The notes beneath the pieces are model-generated. The model did not search any database and was not told the DNA's origin. It worked only from the letters and a program-made list of their open reading frames with translations. Shown here in pieces: positions 31,037-41,359 of a stretch of DNA of 64,000 nucleotides (position 1 is the first letter of the stretch; every line of letters starts with the position of its first letter). Both the position numbers and the translations under genes were made by a program. Source of the DNA: an uncultured Verrucomicrobiae bacterium. Lineage in GTDB: Bacteria; Verrucomicrobiota; Verrucomicrobiia; Chthoniobacterales; JAFAMB01. The DNA is taken from contig CAWEXO010000012.1 of NCBI GenBank assembly GCA_963813025.1, positions 1-64,000 of the forward strand, read 5' to 3'.

Positions 31037-31250
31037 CAGTCAATTGAGCGGAGGAAGCGGCGGGAGCGGCTTCAGCGGAGGGATGTAGTTGTTCAACTGC
31101 ATAACTGACAGTCTAATGGAAACCGCGGATGCCGAATTGGTTGGGCGGCCTCTCGGCTTTCTAGCGCTGGTCAGTTTTTCAGCTTCCCAGCTCTCGCGCT
31201 ACGTCCCTCCGCTGAAGCCGCTCCCGCCGCTTCCTCCGCTCAAGTGACTG
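31037..31250. repeat. Long inverted repeat (52-bp arms, 2 mismatches) between convergent genes
   Basis: 31037-31088 cagtcaattgagcggaggaagcggcgggagcggcttcagcggagggatgtag is the reverse complement of 31199-31250 except at 2 positions. Confidence 0.85.
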
Positions 31251-31275
31251 TTATCGGATCAGCTGTTCAGCTGTC

Positions 31276-32544
31276 TCAGGTTGCAATCTCGATCTCGTCG
31301 GTGCGCGTCGGCCGATGGTCGTCGTCATCAAAGAAGATACTTCTCTGCCGATCCCACACGTAGCGCTGAAGCAAGACTTTCAGGGTCGCAGTCAGCGGGA
31401 TCGCCAGCACTGCTCCGAGCAGCCCGCCCAGCATCAAAGTCCAGAAGAACACCGAAAGAATGACGGTGACCGGATGAAGTCCAACCGAGTTTCCAACGAT
31501 CCGCGGCGCCACCACCATACCGTCAATTTGTTGGACGATAAAAAAGATGATGGTCACCCAAAGCGGATGGACCCAGTCATTGAACTGTACAAAAGCAATC
31601 AGAACCGCCGGTAAGTAGCAGAGGGCAAACCCAATGATCGGCATCAGCCCAAGAAATGCCAGGGACAGGCCAATCAGAAACCCGAACTGCAGGCCGAGAA
31701 TCGAGAGCCCAATCGCAGTGAGCGCGCCATCGATCAAACTGACCATGAGCTGGCCCCGGAAGAAATTGATGACGTAGCCGTTGATCTCAGTCAGGACAAT
31801 AACGACCTCGTCTTTAAACTCTGATTTTCGGATTGGCAGATAATTGCTCCAGGAGACAGCGATGCGCCGCCCTTCCATCAAGAAAAAGAAAAGATAGATC
31901 GGCACGACCAGCAATCCGAAGAGAAACCCGAAGACGCCAAACACGCCCATCAAACTTCCTTGGACAAACGTCCAGGAGCGCTGAGCCAGAGCCGGGAGTT
32001 GTTCTTTGAGGTACTGCAAGAACTGTTGCACATAGACGTTCTTTTGATACTTCCCGAGCTGGCCATCGGCCGGGGTCGAGTCCAATCCGGCGGAGGAGCG
32101 GTCGATCGTGCCGGTGGAGAGTGACCTGTCAGGCATCGATCTGCCACCCGGCAGTTTCTCCAGATTTTTCTGCAAAAACCCGTCCATTTGGTTCCAGCTG
32201 CGCTCGAGGTAGGTGGGAAGCGCTCGGGAAAATTTTTGCGTTTCGTTGTACAAAGAAGGGCCGACGACGCCAATCAGCAGGATTCCGAAGACGGCAAATA
32301 TGAGAAACACTACCAGCACCGCCAACAGCCGCGGAATGCGGCGGCCTTCCAACCAGCTGACGGGCGGATCGAGCAGGTACGCCAATATCCCGGCAAGGGC
32401 TACCGGCAGAAGCAACGGCTGGAGGAAAGCAATCGTCCGGGCCGCGACGTAGATTGTCAAGACAGCGATCGAGCCGATAACCAGAAGCGACAGTGCGGTA
32501 ATCGCGTTCCAGAGGGTCTTTCTTTGCCAGGAAGTCGGATACAA
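31276..32544 (-). CDS. AI-2E (PerM) family transporter
   Basis: ILAYLLDPPV, FFRGQLMVSLI, PRIVGNSVGLHP, GAVLAIPLTA. Confidence 0.9.
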   Translation of the reverse strand: MYPTSWQRKTLWNAITALSLLVIGSIAVLTIYVAARTIAFLQPLLLPVALAGILAYLLDPPVSWLEGRRIPRLLAVLVVFLIFAVFGILLIGVVGPSLYNETQKFSRALPTYLERSWNQMDGFLQKNLEKLPGGRSMPDRSLSTGTIDRSSAGLDSTPADGQLGKYQKNVYVQQFLQYLKEQLPALAQRSWTFVQGSLMGVFGVFGFLFGLLVVPIYLFFFLMEGRRIAVSWSNYLPIRKSEFKDEVVIVLTEINGYVINFFRGQLMVSLIDGALTAIGLSILGLQFGFLIGLSLAFLGLMPIIGFALCYLPAVLIAFVQFNDWVHPLWVTIIFFIVQQIDGMVVAPRIVGNSVGLHPVTVILSVFFWTLMLGGLLGAVLAIPLTATLKVLLQRYVWDRQRSIFFDDDDHRPTRTDEIEIAT

Positions 32545-32632
32545 GCAGAAGCAAAATGCTGACGATTCCCGGGCGTTTCAACGCTAAACTGTCTTAGAGT
32601 TGCTTTTCTGCGAAGCCGCTAAATCTTGGCGG

Positions 32633-33622
32633 ATGACAATTTCAACCGAGGCCATCACCGAGGACGTCAAAAAATCGGGCCAATGGATCGGCGCGGTCCA
32701 GGCTGAGGTTTCGAAGATTATCGTGGGTCAAAAATACTTGGTAGATCGCCTCTTGGTGGGCCTGCTGACCAACGGTCACATCCTTTTGGAAGGCGTGCCT
32801 GGCCTCGCGAAAACCCTCGCGGTCAAAACGATGGCCTCGTGCATTCGCACCGAGTTTCAGCGGCTCCAGTTCACTCCGGATCTCCTCCCAGCCGATATCA
32901 TCGGTACCCTGATTTACAACCCGCGTGACGGCGAGTTTCGACCAAAGATGGGCCCGATCTTCGCCAATTTGATCCTGGCCGACGAAATCAATCGGGCTCC
33001 GGCGAAGGTACAGAGCGCCTTGCTGGAAGCCATGCAGGAACGCCAGGTGACAATCGGGGATGTCACTTATCCGCTGCCCGATCCTTTTCTCGTCTTGGCC
33101 ACCCAAAACCCTTTGGAGCAGGAAGGCACTTATCAGCTGCCCGAGGCGCAGCTTGACCGCTTCATGCTCAAGCTCAACGTGACTTATCCGACAAAAGAAG
33201 AGGAACGGCGGATATTGGATTTGATGGGCACGTCCGCACCGGATTTAGGAGTTAATCCCGTCGCGACTCCGGACAACGTCTTTCGCGCGCGCGAGGTGGT
33301 CAACCAGATCTTCATCGACGACCTGGTGAAAGATTACATTGTAGATGTCGTCTGGGCGACCCGCCAGCCGGCTGACTACCAACTCGCGATGAATGGCCTC
33401 ATTCGCTACGGAGCGTCGCCGCGAGCCACGATCAATCTAACCTTAGCCGCGCGCGCCCATGCCTTTCTGGACGGCCGAGGCTATGTGACGCCGCACGATG
33501 TCAAGTCGGTCGGTCCCGATGTTCTCCGCCACCGGATCATCATCAGTTATGAAGCGGAAGCGGAGGATGTTACCAGCGAATCGATCGTCGAGCGAATCTT
33601 TGCCGGATTGCCGGTTCCCTGA
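32633..33622 (+). CDS. moxR: MoxR-family AAA+ ATPase
   Basis: LLEGVPGLAKT, QFTPDLLPADIIGT, LADEINRAPAKVQSALLEAM, ATQNPLEQEGTY, LPEAQLDRF, GASPRA. Confidence 0.95.
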   Translation: MTISTEAITEDVKKSGQWIGAVQAEVSKIIVGQKYLVDRLLVGLLTNGHILLEGVPGLAKTLAVKTMASCIRTEFQRLQFTPDLLPADIIGTLIYNPRDGEFRPKMGPIFANLILADEINRAPAKVQSALLEAMQERQVTIGDVTYPLPDPFLVLATQNPLEQEGTYQLPEAQLDRFMLKLNVTYPTKEEERRILDLMGTSAPDLGVNPVATPDNVFRAREVVNQIFIDDLVKDYIVDVVWATRQPADYQLAMNGLIRYGASPRATINLTLAARAHAFLDGRGYVTPHDVKSVGPDVLRHRIIISYEAEAEDVTSESIVERIFAGLPVP

Positions 33623-33625
33623 AAG

Positions 33626-34516
33626 ATGCAATCGACGCGCGACATCCTTCGAAAAATTCGACGCCTTGAGCTGCGAACACGCCGATTCGTCGAAACTGCT
33701 TTTGCCGGCCAGTATCACAGTGTCTTCAAGGGACGGGGCATGAATTTTGATGAGTTCCGCCAATATCAATTTGGAGACGAGATTCGGACGATCGACTGGA
33801 ACGTTACCGCTCGGATGGGGGAACCCTACGTCCGCAAGTATGTCGAAGAACGGGAGCTGACGGTTCTTCTTCTGGTTGATTTGAGTGCTTCCGGTGGTTT
33901 TGGCAGCGTAAGCATCAGCAAACGCGAACTAGCGGCCGAAGTCGCTTCTCTGCTGGCCTTCTGCGCGATCCGAAACAACGACAAGGTCGGCTTGATCTTG
34001 TTCACTGACCGGATCGAACTCTACGTCCCTCCACGCAAAGGCCGCACCCACACTCTTCGATTGATTCGTGAGATTCTTTATTTTCGCCCCGGCGGCCGCA
34101 AAACCGATTTGACTGTGCCACTCGACTTCCTGAATCGAGTCATCACGCGAAAAGCGGTGGTATTTCTTTTCTCGGATTTTCAAGCAGCGGACTATGAGCG
34201 GCCGCTGGCCGTCTGTAATCGTCGTCATGATCTGATTGCCGTACCAATTGAGGATCCGGGCGATATGGTACTTCCTCCCGTCGGCTTGGTGCAGATTGAG
34301 GAACCGGAATCAGGCGCCCAGTTTCGGGTCAACTTTTCCGATCGACGGGTCCGGCAGCATTTCCAGGAAAATGCGCTTGCCGAAAGACAAAAAAGAGAAT
34401 CGTTGTTCCGGCGAAAGAGCATTGACTCGCTTCCCCTGCGGACGAACACCGATTATTTTCCCGCCTTGCGCTCCTTTTTTTTACGGCGGGAACAACGGTT
34501 GAAACGTCGGATATGA
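33626..34516 (+). CDS. DUF58 (vWA-like) protein
   Basis: SVFKGRGMNFDEFRQY, DEIRTIDWNVTAR, YVEERELT, DLSASG. Confidence 0.92.
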   Translation: MQSTRDILRKIRRLELRTRRFVETAFAGQYHSVFKGRGMNFDEFRQYQFGDEIRTIDWNVTARMGEPYVRKYVEERELTVLLLVDLSASGGFGSVSISKRELAAEVASLLAFCAIRNNDKVGLILFTDRIELYVPPRKGRTHTLRLIREILYFRPGGRKTDLTVPLDFLNRVITRKAVVFLFSDFQAADYERPLAVCNRRHDLIAVPIEDPGDMVLPPVGLVQIEEPESGAQFRVNFSDRRVRQHFQENALAERQKRESLFRRKSIDSLPLRTNTDYFPALRSFFLRREQRLKRRI

Positions 34517-35022
34517 TGATGTTGTGGTGGGTGGCAGCTTTTTCCAATGGCCCGGACGAAATTGAGGACATTCAACCGCCCATCGCCCCCGACCTGACCA
34601 CGTGGCTGCTCGGCCTCCTTGTTGGATCGCTGGTTTTGGCCATCATTGCATGGCGGCTGTATCCCGAACCGCAAAAGAAAGCGAACCCTCCGCCGTTGCC
34701 GCGCGATTTTGCTCTCGGGCGCCTCGAGGAGCTGCGCGTGAAGCTCCGCAACATGTCGCTGTACCAAGTCGCGATCAGCGTTTCTGACGTTCTCCGCGGC
34801 TTCATCGAGCAGCAGTACGGGATACAAGCAGTTCGTCAGACAACGCCGGAGTTTCTCGACGAAGCCGCGGAACGACTGCCGCTCACACCATCGCAGCACG
34901 ATGGGTTGCGCCAGTTTCTCCGGATCTCTGACGATATCAAGTTCGCCCGGGTTGAAGCGCGACCAGATGAAGGCGAAACTCTGCTAGAGCAGGCCTTCAG
35001 CTTTGTAAAAGATGAACACTGA
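34513..35022 (+). CDS. Membrane protein of the Bat operon (DUF4381-like)
   Basis: IEDIQPP, one TM, LRGFIE, TTPEFL, DDIKFA; operon context. Confidence 0.7.
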   Translation: MMMLWWVAAFSNGPDEIEDIQPPIAPDLTTWLLGLLVGSLVLAIIAWRLYPEPQKKANPPPLPRDFALGRLEELRVKLRNMSLYQVAISVSDVLRGFIEQQYGIQAVRQTTPEFLDEAAERLPLTPSQHDGLRQFLRISDDIKFARVEARPDEGETLLEQAFSFVKDEH

Positions 35023-36022
35023 CGTACGGATTGAGCAACCCTGGTATCTGCTTTTGCTGCTGTTGTTGCCGGTCGTGTGGTTTCTTCGGAACAGGGTGCG
35101 CCGCCCAGCTTCGCTGCGTTTTGCTCCTGGCTGGATCTTTTCGCGAGGATCGGTCGGCGCCGATCGATCGCCTTCCCTGTTGATTCCGCCCATCTTTTTT
35201 TATTCCGCCGCCGCGCTCCTCATTTGCGCACTGGCTCGGCCGCAGCTGGGGATGGTGTCTTCACGTCTGCGCACGAGCGGCATTGACATCATGATTCTTC
35301 TCGACGTCTCAAGGTCGATGCTTTCTGAGGACTTCTCCATAGGCTCGGAGCGAGCCAGTCGGATCGAGGTCGTCAAGCAAGTCACGGAGAAGTTCATCCG
35401 GGGACGCGTCAACGACCGAATCGGCATCATTGCTTTCGCCGGACGTCCCTACCTGGTCAGCCCATTAACTTTGGATCATGATTGGCTGCTCGAGAATCTT
35501 TCGCGGCTGCGAATTGGCCTGACCGAGGATGGTACGGCAATCGGTTCGGCTTTGGTCAGCGGCGCAAATCGATTGAAGGACCGTAGCGTGAAAAGCAGGG
35601 TTATCGTGCTGCTGACCGACGGCGACAACAACGCCGGCAAGGTACCCCCGGAGACAGCGGCGGAGGCAGCGGCCGCTATCGGCATCAAGATTTACACGAT
35701 TGGCGCGGGGACAAACGGGCTAGTGCCTTTCCCGGAGACCGATCGTTTCGGCAACAAGTTTTATACTCAGCAATACATGCCTTTCCGGGAAGACGCTTGT
35801 CGGCAGATCGCGGAGATCGGCCATGGGCAGTTCTACCGCGCGACCGATACCCGAAGCCTTAGCAACATTTTCGCTTCGATCGATCAACTGGAGAAAAGAG
35901 ATTTCGATGTACAGGAATTCCAAAACTATCGCGATTTCTTTCCCGCGCTCATCAGCTTTGGGCTTCTCCTTTTAACCTCGGCCACTGTACTGAACGAAGC
36001 GGTTTGGAGGACGATCCCATGA
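35012..36022 (+). CDS. batA: BatA vWA-domain protein
   Basis: PWYLLLL, ALARPQ, MIDAS DVSRSM, DGTAIGSAL, LLTDGDNNAG, KIYTIG. Confidence 0.9.
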   Translation: MNTDVRIEQPWYLLLLLLLPVVWFLRNRVRRPASLRFAPGWIFSRGSVGADRSPSLLIPPIFFYSAAALLICALARPQLGMVSSRLRTSGIDIMILLDVSRSMLSEDFSIGSERASRIEVVKQVTEKFIRGRVNDRIGIIAFAGRPYLVSPLTLDHDWLLENLSRLRIGLTEDGTAIGSALVSGANRLKDRSVKSRVIVLLTDGDNNAGKVPPETAAEAAAAIGIKIYTIGAGTNGLVPFPETDRFGNKFYTQQYMPFREDACRQIAEIGHGQFYRATDTRSLSNIFASIDQLEKRDFDVQEFQNYRDFFPALISFGLLLLTSATVLNEAVWRTIP

Positions 36023-37857
36023 GTTTCGGTGAACCAGCGGTTTTGTGGGGACTCCTGGTCGTCCCATGCCTGGTTTGGGCGATGCTTCAAGCCGATAGTG
36101 GCGTGCGCCGCCGCCTCGCCCAGGTAGTCGCGCCTCGCCTTTTTGACAACCTGCTCGAGCCCGTGGAGCTGTCCCGGCAACTCCTGCGGCGCGCGCTGCT
36201 TCTGGCTGCGTTAACGTTCTTTATTCTGGCTTTGGCCCGCCCTCAGTGGGGAGCAGTGGAACATCCGGTTGTGCAGAAAGGTCGCGAAATCCTGCTGGCA
36301 ATCGACACCTCCAAAAGCATGCTGGCGGAAGATGTCGTGCCTAACCGGCTCACCCGAGTCAAGCTAGCCGCTGAAGACCTGGTCCGAGCGATGACCGGTG
36401 ACCGTTTTGGGGTCATTGCTTTTGCTGGCGAATCCCAGATCCAGGCGCCCGTCACCGTCGATTACCCGAGCATTTTGGAAACCATTGCTGCCTTGGATAC
36501 TCACACCGTAGAGCGAGGCGGCACTGATTTTGCCTCCGCGATCCGGGCCGCTCAGCAAGCGTTCGGCAGTCAGGAAGGCATCAGCAAGGCGCTGGTTCTT
36601 CTGACCGATGGCGAGGAACTCGACGAGGACGGCTTGGCAGCTGCTCGAAAAATTGCACAGGACGGCGTTCGTATTTTCACGATCGGCGTTGGATCGGCGG
36701 CCGGCGCAAATATTCCGGACGAGTCGGGTACGCTCATGCGCGACCGAGAAGGAAACATTGTGCTAAGCCGCATGAACCCGGATTTCCTCCGTCAACTGGC
36801 CGAGGCAACCGGAGGATTTTATGTTCATTTAGATCAGAATGCGGTGGCTCGCGTTGCCAACGAAGGCCTCCGCCAAATTTCCCAGGGAAATTTTGGCGAT
36901 CACACCGTGCGAAATCCGGTGGAACGCTATCGCTGGCCTCTCGCTCTGGGATTGCTTTCGCTACTTTTGTATTTTGTCATTAACGAAAAGCGACGACCAG
37001 CGATGCTGAGCCAGAAATCCCTGTCATCCGTCGGGAGCTTGCTCATTATCCTGGCTTGGTGGCCAGAAATAACTCTGGGTACCAGTGCTCTCGATCTCTA
37101 CCAGCGGGGCGATTTCGATGGCGCTTTGAACAACCTGCATGAGCAATTAAATCGCCACCCGGAGTCTCCTCGGCTGAATTATAATGCGGGCGATGCGGCC
37201 TATCGGCTCGAACGTTACGACGAAGCCTTCGAAGCCTTTAGCAAAGCGATGCGCAGCTCCGATCCAGGGCTTCGACAAAAAGCGTATTATAATGCTGGCA
37301 ACTCGTTATTCAAAGAAGGCGATGGCCAGTCAGAAATCGAGCGTCGGCTCACCTGCTATTACGATGCCCGTTACCTGTACCATCAGTCACTGGATCTCAA
37401 TCCGCAGGACGAGCCGACCAAAAAGAACCTTGCCTTGCTTGAACGCCGAATAAAAGAGGCGGAAGAGCAAAAGGAACAATTGCGGCAACAACGCGCACGC
37501 TCTTCCAATCGACGCAAACAACCGAACAATCGGGGGCAAGCCCAATCGGGGCAGCAAGGCCGGCGACAAATATCCCCGAACGGTGAGGATCAAGATCAAG
37601 GGAACTCCGACGATGACGACAACGGCTCCTCTGACGAACAGCAGCCGCAGCCGACTCCCGGGAAGGAAAAAAAAGGCGATGTTCGCGAGAACGCCCCGGG
37701 CGATCAAACGGACAAAACCCCGGATTCGGGTTCACACTTCGAAGGGCGAATGACTCCGGACGAAGCGCTCGGGCTGCTCGATTCGCTCCAGAACGAAGAA
37801 GATAAGGTCGACCTCACTCATCGCAAACGTGAACGCGGAGTTGCCCGTGACTGGTAG
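36019..37857 (+). CDS. batB: BatB vWA domain fused to a BatC-like TPR region and Q/D-rich tail
   Basis: ALARPQWG, IDTSKSMLAEDVVPNRL, LLTDGEE; TPRs (YNAGDAAYR, YYNAGNSLF); low-complexity tail ending in DW. Confidence 0.85.
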   Translation: MSFGEPAVLWGLLVVPCLVWAMLQADSGVRRRLAQVVAPRLFDNLLEPVELSRQLLRRALLLAALTFFILALARPQWGAVEHPVVQKGREILLAIDTSKSMLAEDVVPNRLTRVKLAAEDLVRAMTGDRFGVIAFAGESQIQAPVTVDYPSILETIAALDTHTVERGGTDFASAIRAAQQAFGSQEGISKALVLLTDGEELDEDGLAAARKIAQDGVRIFTIGVGSAAGANIPDESGTLMRDREGNIVLSRMNPDFLRQLAEATGGFYVHLDQNAVARVANEGLRQISQGNFGDHTVRNPVERYRWPLALGLLSLLLYFVINEKRRPAMLSQKSLSSVGSLLIILAWWPEITLGTSALDLYQRGDFDGALNNLHEQLNRHPESPRLNYNAGDAAYRLERYDEAFEAFSKAMRSSDPGLRQKAYYNAGNSLFKEGDGQSEIERRLTCYYDARYLYHQSLDLNPQDEPTKKNLALLERRIKEAEEQKEQLRQQRARSSNRRKQPNNRGQAQSGQQGRRQISPNGEDQDQGNSDDDDNGSSDEQQPQPTPGKEKKGDVRENAPGDQTDKTPDSGSHFEGRMTPDEALGLLDSLQNEEDKVDLTHRKRERGVARDW

Positions 37858-37858
37858 T

Positions 37859-39619
37859 ATGAATTTGTTGTTCCCTTTGTTTTTCCTGGCGGTTTCGCTG
37901 GCTCCGCCGAATTCAACCCAGCCCAGTGTGAGCGCCTCGCTTTCGCGCGACCGTACCGAGATCAATCAACGGGTTCAGTTGAAACTATCGATTCGACCCG
38001 GCCAGATCACCAGCCCGCCAAAGATCGATGTAGCGGGACTCGCGATTACCTTCGACGGCCAATCGGTTGGCATCGAGACCGTCGATGGGCAGACAACAAC
38101 ATCCACGACATTTAATTATAGTGTTGTTCCTGAGCGTCAGGGCACTTTCGTCATTCCGCCGATAGCGGTTGAAGTCGGAAACAAGAAATTCCGGACCGAG
38201 AAGCTTATTCTCAAGGTCGGCCGTCCGGCAGCCGAGACCGATTCATCGGCCGCCAAGCTATATTTTGCGGAGCTGATCGTTCCGAAAGAGTCCGCTTATG
38301 TCGGGGAGCCGATCCCGATCGAATTGCGTTTCTACTTCGATACCCGCGTCTGGTACGAACCTTACCCGCAAGGTCAGCTGCCGATTATTGAAGGCGGTGA
38401 CTTCGTTACCAAGAAGTATCCCTCTCCGACCGAAAAGCAGCAGATCATAAACGGTCGCGAATACCAGGTCCTGGTCTATAAAACTGCTATCACGGGGGTC
38501 AAAAGCGGTCGTCTGGATCTGCAAGGCGCTTATCAGGAGTTTATGATTCGAACACCGGTTACTCGTCGATCACTGCCCGGAACAGATGATTTTTACGATC
38601 AATCGCCAGGAGCTAATCCCTTCGATTCCTTTGAAAGAAAGGACGTGAAGATCGAAGCTCCGGGCACTTCGCTGGAGATCAAATCTTTGCCGGAAGCGGG
38701 TAAACCCGCCAGCTTTTCCGGAGCGATTGGCCAATTCACCCTGAAAGCGGACGCGCAGCCGGCGCGCACACGGGTCGGCGATCCCATAACGATCAGAGCA
38801 ACGATTGAAGGGTTGGGCAGCTTCGACCGCATGGAGGCCCCGATGTTGACTGATGCCGTCGGATGGAGAACGTATGAGCCCTCCAGCGATTTCGCGGCAA
38901 ACGACGAGCTCGAAATCAGTGGTGCGCGCACCTTCACCTACGCCGCCGTCCCAACTACCTCGGTTTCGCGCGCTCCTGTCGTCGAGTTCTCCTACTTCGA
39001 TCCAGGCACCGAGAAGTACGTCATTTTACGATCCCCAACAATGCTGGTCCAAGTCGAAGGGCGGTCATTGGTCGATCCGGGCGCTCAAACCAACTCGATC
39101 GAAACCTCGCCTGCCGCCCCGCCTCCTTCCCCAACTCCGCCTCTGGAAGTTCTAGATATTCAGACGACGAACTCGCCATTGGTTTCCTTTGTGCCGTTGG
39201 TGCGCCAACCGTCTTTTTGGCTCGTGCAAACCTTCCCCGCGGCGGTTCTCATCGTTATCGGCGCTGGTTTCTGGCTTCGGACCTTCCGATTATCACGGGC
39301 ACCGCTCCGGTCGTGGCGGGCTGAGCGGTCCGTATTGCGAGGAAAACTGGAGCTGGACGATCCGCGGATTGTCTTGCCGGCCGCCGTTCGCCTGCTCCAG
39401 CTTGATTGCCTGATCAAAGATGGTGGAGCAAATCCTGGTGTTTCGGTTGAGCAAGCACTCCGCAGTCGGCCGGTTTCCGGGAAACTGCGACAAGAACTGG
39501 AGTCATTGCTTGCTCGGAACGATCGCGTGATCTACGGCCATCTGAACCAGGAACCCCTATCCGCAAGCGAGATAACAAGGATCAAGCAGGTCATTCGTCA
39601 ATGGGAGCACATTTCCTGA
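37859..39619 (+). CDS. batD: BatD-family protein
   Basis: Signal peptide, FVIPPI, AYVGEPI, LPEAGKPASFSGAIGQF, VGDPIT, FSYFDP. Confidence 0.85.
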   Translation: MNLLFPLFFLAVSLAPPNSTQPSVSASLSRDRTEINQRVQLKLSIRPGQITSPPKIDVAGLAITFDGQSVGIETVDGQTTTSTTFNYSVVPERQGTFVIPPIAVEVGNKKFRTEKLILKVGRPAAETDSSAAKLYFAELIVPKESAYVGEPIPIELRFYFDTRVWYEPYPQGQLPIIEGGDFVTKKYPSPTEKQQIINGREYQVLVYKTAITGVKSGRLDLQGAYQEFMIRTPVTRRSLPGTDDFYDQSPGANPFDSFERKDVKIEAPGTSLEIKSLPEAGKPASFSGAIGQFTLKADAQPARTRVGDPITIRATIEGLGSFDRMEAPMLTDAVGWRTYEPSSDFAANDELEISGARTFTYAAVPTTSVSRAPVVEFSYFDPGTEKYVILRSPTMLVQVEGRSLVDPGAQTNSIETSPAAPPPSPTPPLEVLDIQTTNSPLVSFVPLVRQPSFWLVQTFPAAVLIVIGAGFWLRTFRLSRAPLRSWRAERSVLRGKLELDDPRIVLPAAVRLLQLDCLIKDGGANPGVSVEQALRSRPVSGKLRQELESLLARNDRVIYGHLNQEPLSASEITRIKQVIRQWEHIS

Positions 39620-40344
39620 GGTTTATCGGATTAAGCGCCGTTCTGCTCCTGGCGTCGCTCACGGCGGCCAAAGCCGAATCGCCCGATCTCTGGCAGCAAG
39701 CCAATCAAGCTTACCGGGCCGGCCGTTTTGAAGAAGCAAAAGTGGACTACCTTCAGCTGGTTTCGCGCAAGCTCTACACGGCCAACCTTTTCTATAACCT
39801 GGCGAATGCCTGGTTCAAACTTGGCGACAAAGGCCGGGCTATCCTGAACTATAAAAGAGTTCTCATCCTGCAGCCAAATTCCCCGGAAGCGACGGCCAAC
39901 CTGCAGATGGCTTTGCGCGCAGCGGAGAGCGAGGAACGGCACAACTTCGGTGATTTTGTTGGACAATATGCCGACTATTTCCCGCTGTTTGCCTCGGTCT
40001 TTTTTTGGCTCAGCGCGGGATGCGCGTTGTTTTGGATTCTCGGACCTGGACGCCAAGTCGCCAAAAGGGGCTTTGCGATCTTCTTCGCCCTCTTTCTCGT
40101 GAACATGATCCTCGCCGTTTGCCTGAAAGAAGGCAGTAAAGATCCCAGCCGGGCGGTCGTCATTGAGAGTGCTGCCGATATGAAGTTCGGTCCGGCAAAC
40201 AGTTCTCGGACGGTCGAGACCTTGAGCACCGGCCAGGAGATTCGGCTGCTCTCGGAGCGCGGAGAATGGAGCTTATGCCAGACGGGGGCGGGAGTGCTAG
40301 GGTGGATACCGACTCGGAAATTTGAACGACTCATTCCGCAATGA
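39601..40344 (+). CDS. batE: BatE-like TPR plus SH3b protein
   Basis: ANQAYRAGRFEEA, YNLANAWFK, AILNYKR, two TMs, C-terminal SH3b (GEWS...GWIP). Confidence 0.82.
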   Translation: MGAHFLRFIGLSAVLLLASLTAAKAESPDLWQQANQAYRAGRFEEAKVDYLQLVSRKLYTANLFYNLANAWFKLGDKGRAILNYKRVLILQPNSPEATANLQMALRAAESEERHNFGDFVGQYADYFPLFASVFFWLSAGCALFWILGPGRQVAKRGFAIFFALFLVNMILAVCLKEGSKDPSRAVVIESAADMKFGPANSSRTVETLSTGQEIRLLSERGEWSLCQTGAGVLGWIPTRKFERLIPQ

Positions 40345-41159
40345 GCGTTGTCCGGATCTGCGGCCTTACCCTCCTTTTCTGGAGTCTGACTGGCCAGCCT
40401 GGCCAAGCTGATCGGGACCCGGGTACCGCGCCCGATTGGCTCCGGTCGCTCACTACGAACAAACCCGTCGGCAATTTCCCGTCGCTCCCGCCGCTTCATA
40501 CACGGTATCGATTTGGCTGGAGCGGAGTCAATGCGGCCTCGGTCGACGTCAATTTTACCTACACTGGAGACGATTATTTGCTTGACGCCGCTGGAGGAAC
40601 TTCCGGCCTGGCGCGATCCCTCTTCCCGCTCGATGTCCGCCATCATTCTGCGGGAAATCGAAAAACTTTGCGCCCGGCCCACGTCTCACAAACGGAGAAA
40701 TATCGCAATGAAACGGTACAAACCTCGATTGATTTCAAAGCAAATGAGGTGACCTCATTGCGGAAAACTTTCCCGCAGAAAACTCCGCCCAAACCGCAGC
40801 ATTTTTCGGCTGCTCCGGCCTACGATCTGATGTCCGCGCTGCTCTGGTTGCGCAGTCAGCCCCTCAATAACGGCGATCACGAAGTGCTGGTCGCTTATCC
40901 GTCGAACGCTCCTTATCTCGCCACGGTTAAAGTAGCGAATCGAGAAAAAATCAACATCAACGGCACCGAACGCGACGCGATCAAACTGGACCTGTCGTTA
41001 AAGGCGATCGATAAACATCTTCAGCTCAAACAGCATAAAAAATTCAAGACCGGGCGTGCTTGGATTTCCGACGATAACCTCCGGATCCCGCTGCGGATCG
41101 AAGCCGACATTTTTATCGGCTACGTCTTCGCCGAGCTGGAGTCAGCGACTGGTGAATGA
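40341..41159 (+). CDS. DUF3108-like secreted protein
   Basis: YRFGWSGVNAA, DLMSALLWLRS, WISDDNLRIPLRIEADIFIGYVFAEL. Confidence 0.75.
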   Translation: MSVVRICGLTLLFWSLTGQPGQADRDPGTAPDWLRSLTTNKPVGNFPSLPPLHTRYRFGWSGVNAASVDVNFTYTGDDYLLDAAGGTSGLARSLFPLDVRHHSAGNRKTLRPAHVSQTEKYRNETVQTSIDFKANEVTSLRKTFPQKTPPKPQHFSAAPAYDLMSALLWLRSQPLNNGDHEVLVAYPSNAPYLATVKVANREKININGTERDAIKLDLSLKAIDKHLQLKQHKKFKTGRAWISDDNLRIPLRIEADIFIGYVFAELESATGE

Positions 41160-41162
41160 TGT

Positions 41163-41351
41163 TCAAAGATGCCGGATCTCAACAGGTGGAGCCTGGTAGT
41201 TATCGTTGCGCCCATCGTAGTAGGTGACAGGCGCTTGAATAAGTTCGTCGGCGTCCACATCATCAAGGCAATAGACACGGACGGCGTAGAATTTGCCTCC
41301 AACCGATGCGTCCTCGCCCCACGCAAATGGACGCACGCCGCTGTGACCCAC
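41163..41351 (-). pseudogene. C-terminal remnant of a GFA (CENP-V-like) family protein
   Basis: GVRPFAWG...YAVRVYCLDDVDADELIQAPVTYYDGRNDNYQAPPVEIRHL resembles GFA C-termini; the N-terminal zinc-binding cysteine motifs are absent. Confidence 0.55.
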
Positions 41352-41359
41352 GTCCGCCT

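Noticed and set aside
36019..37857. BatB-TPR fusion as a novelty
   Set aside because: vWA plus TPR fusions are common in MoxR/Bat operons.
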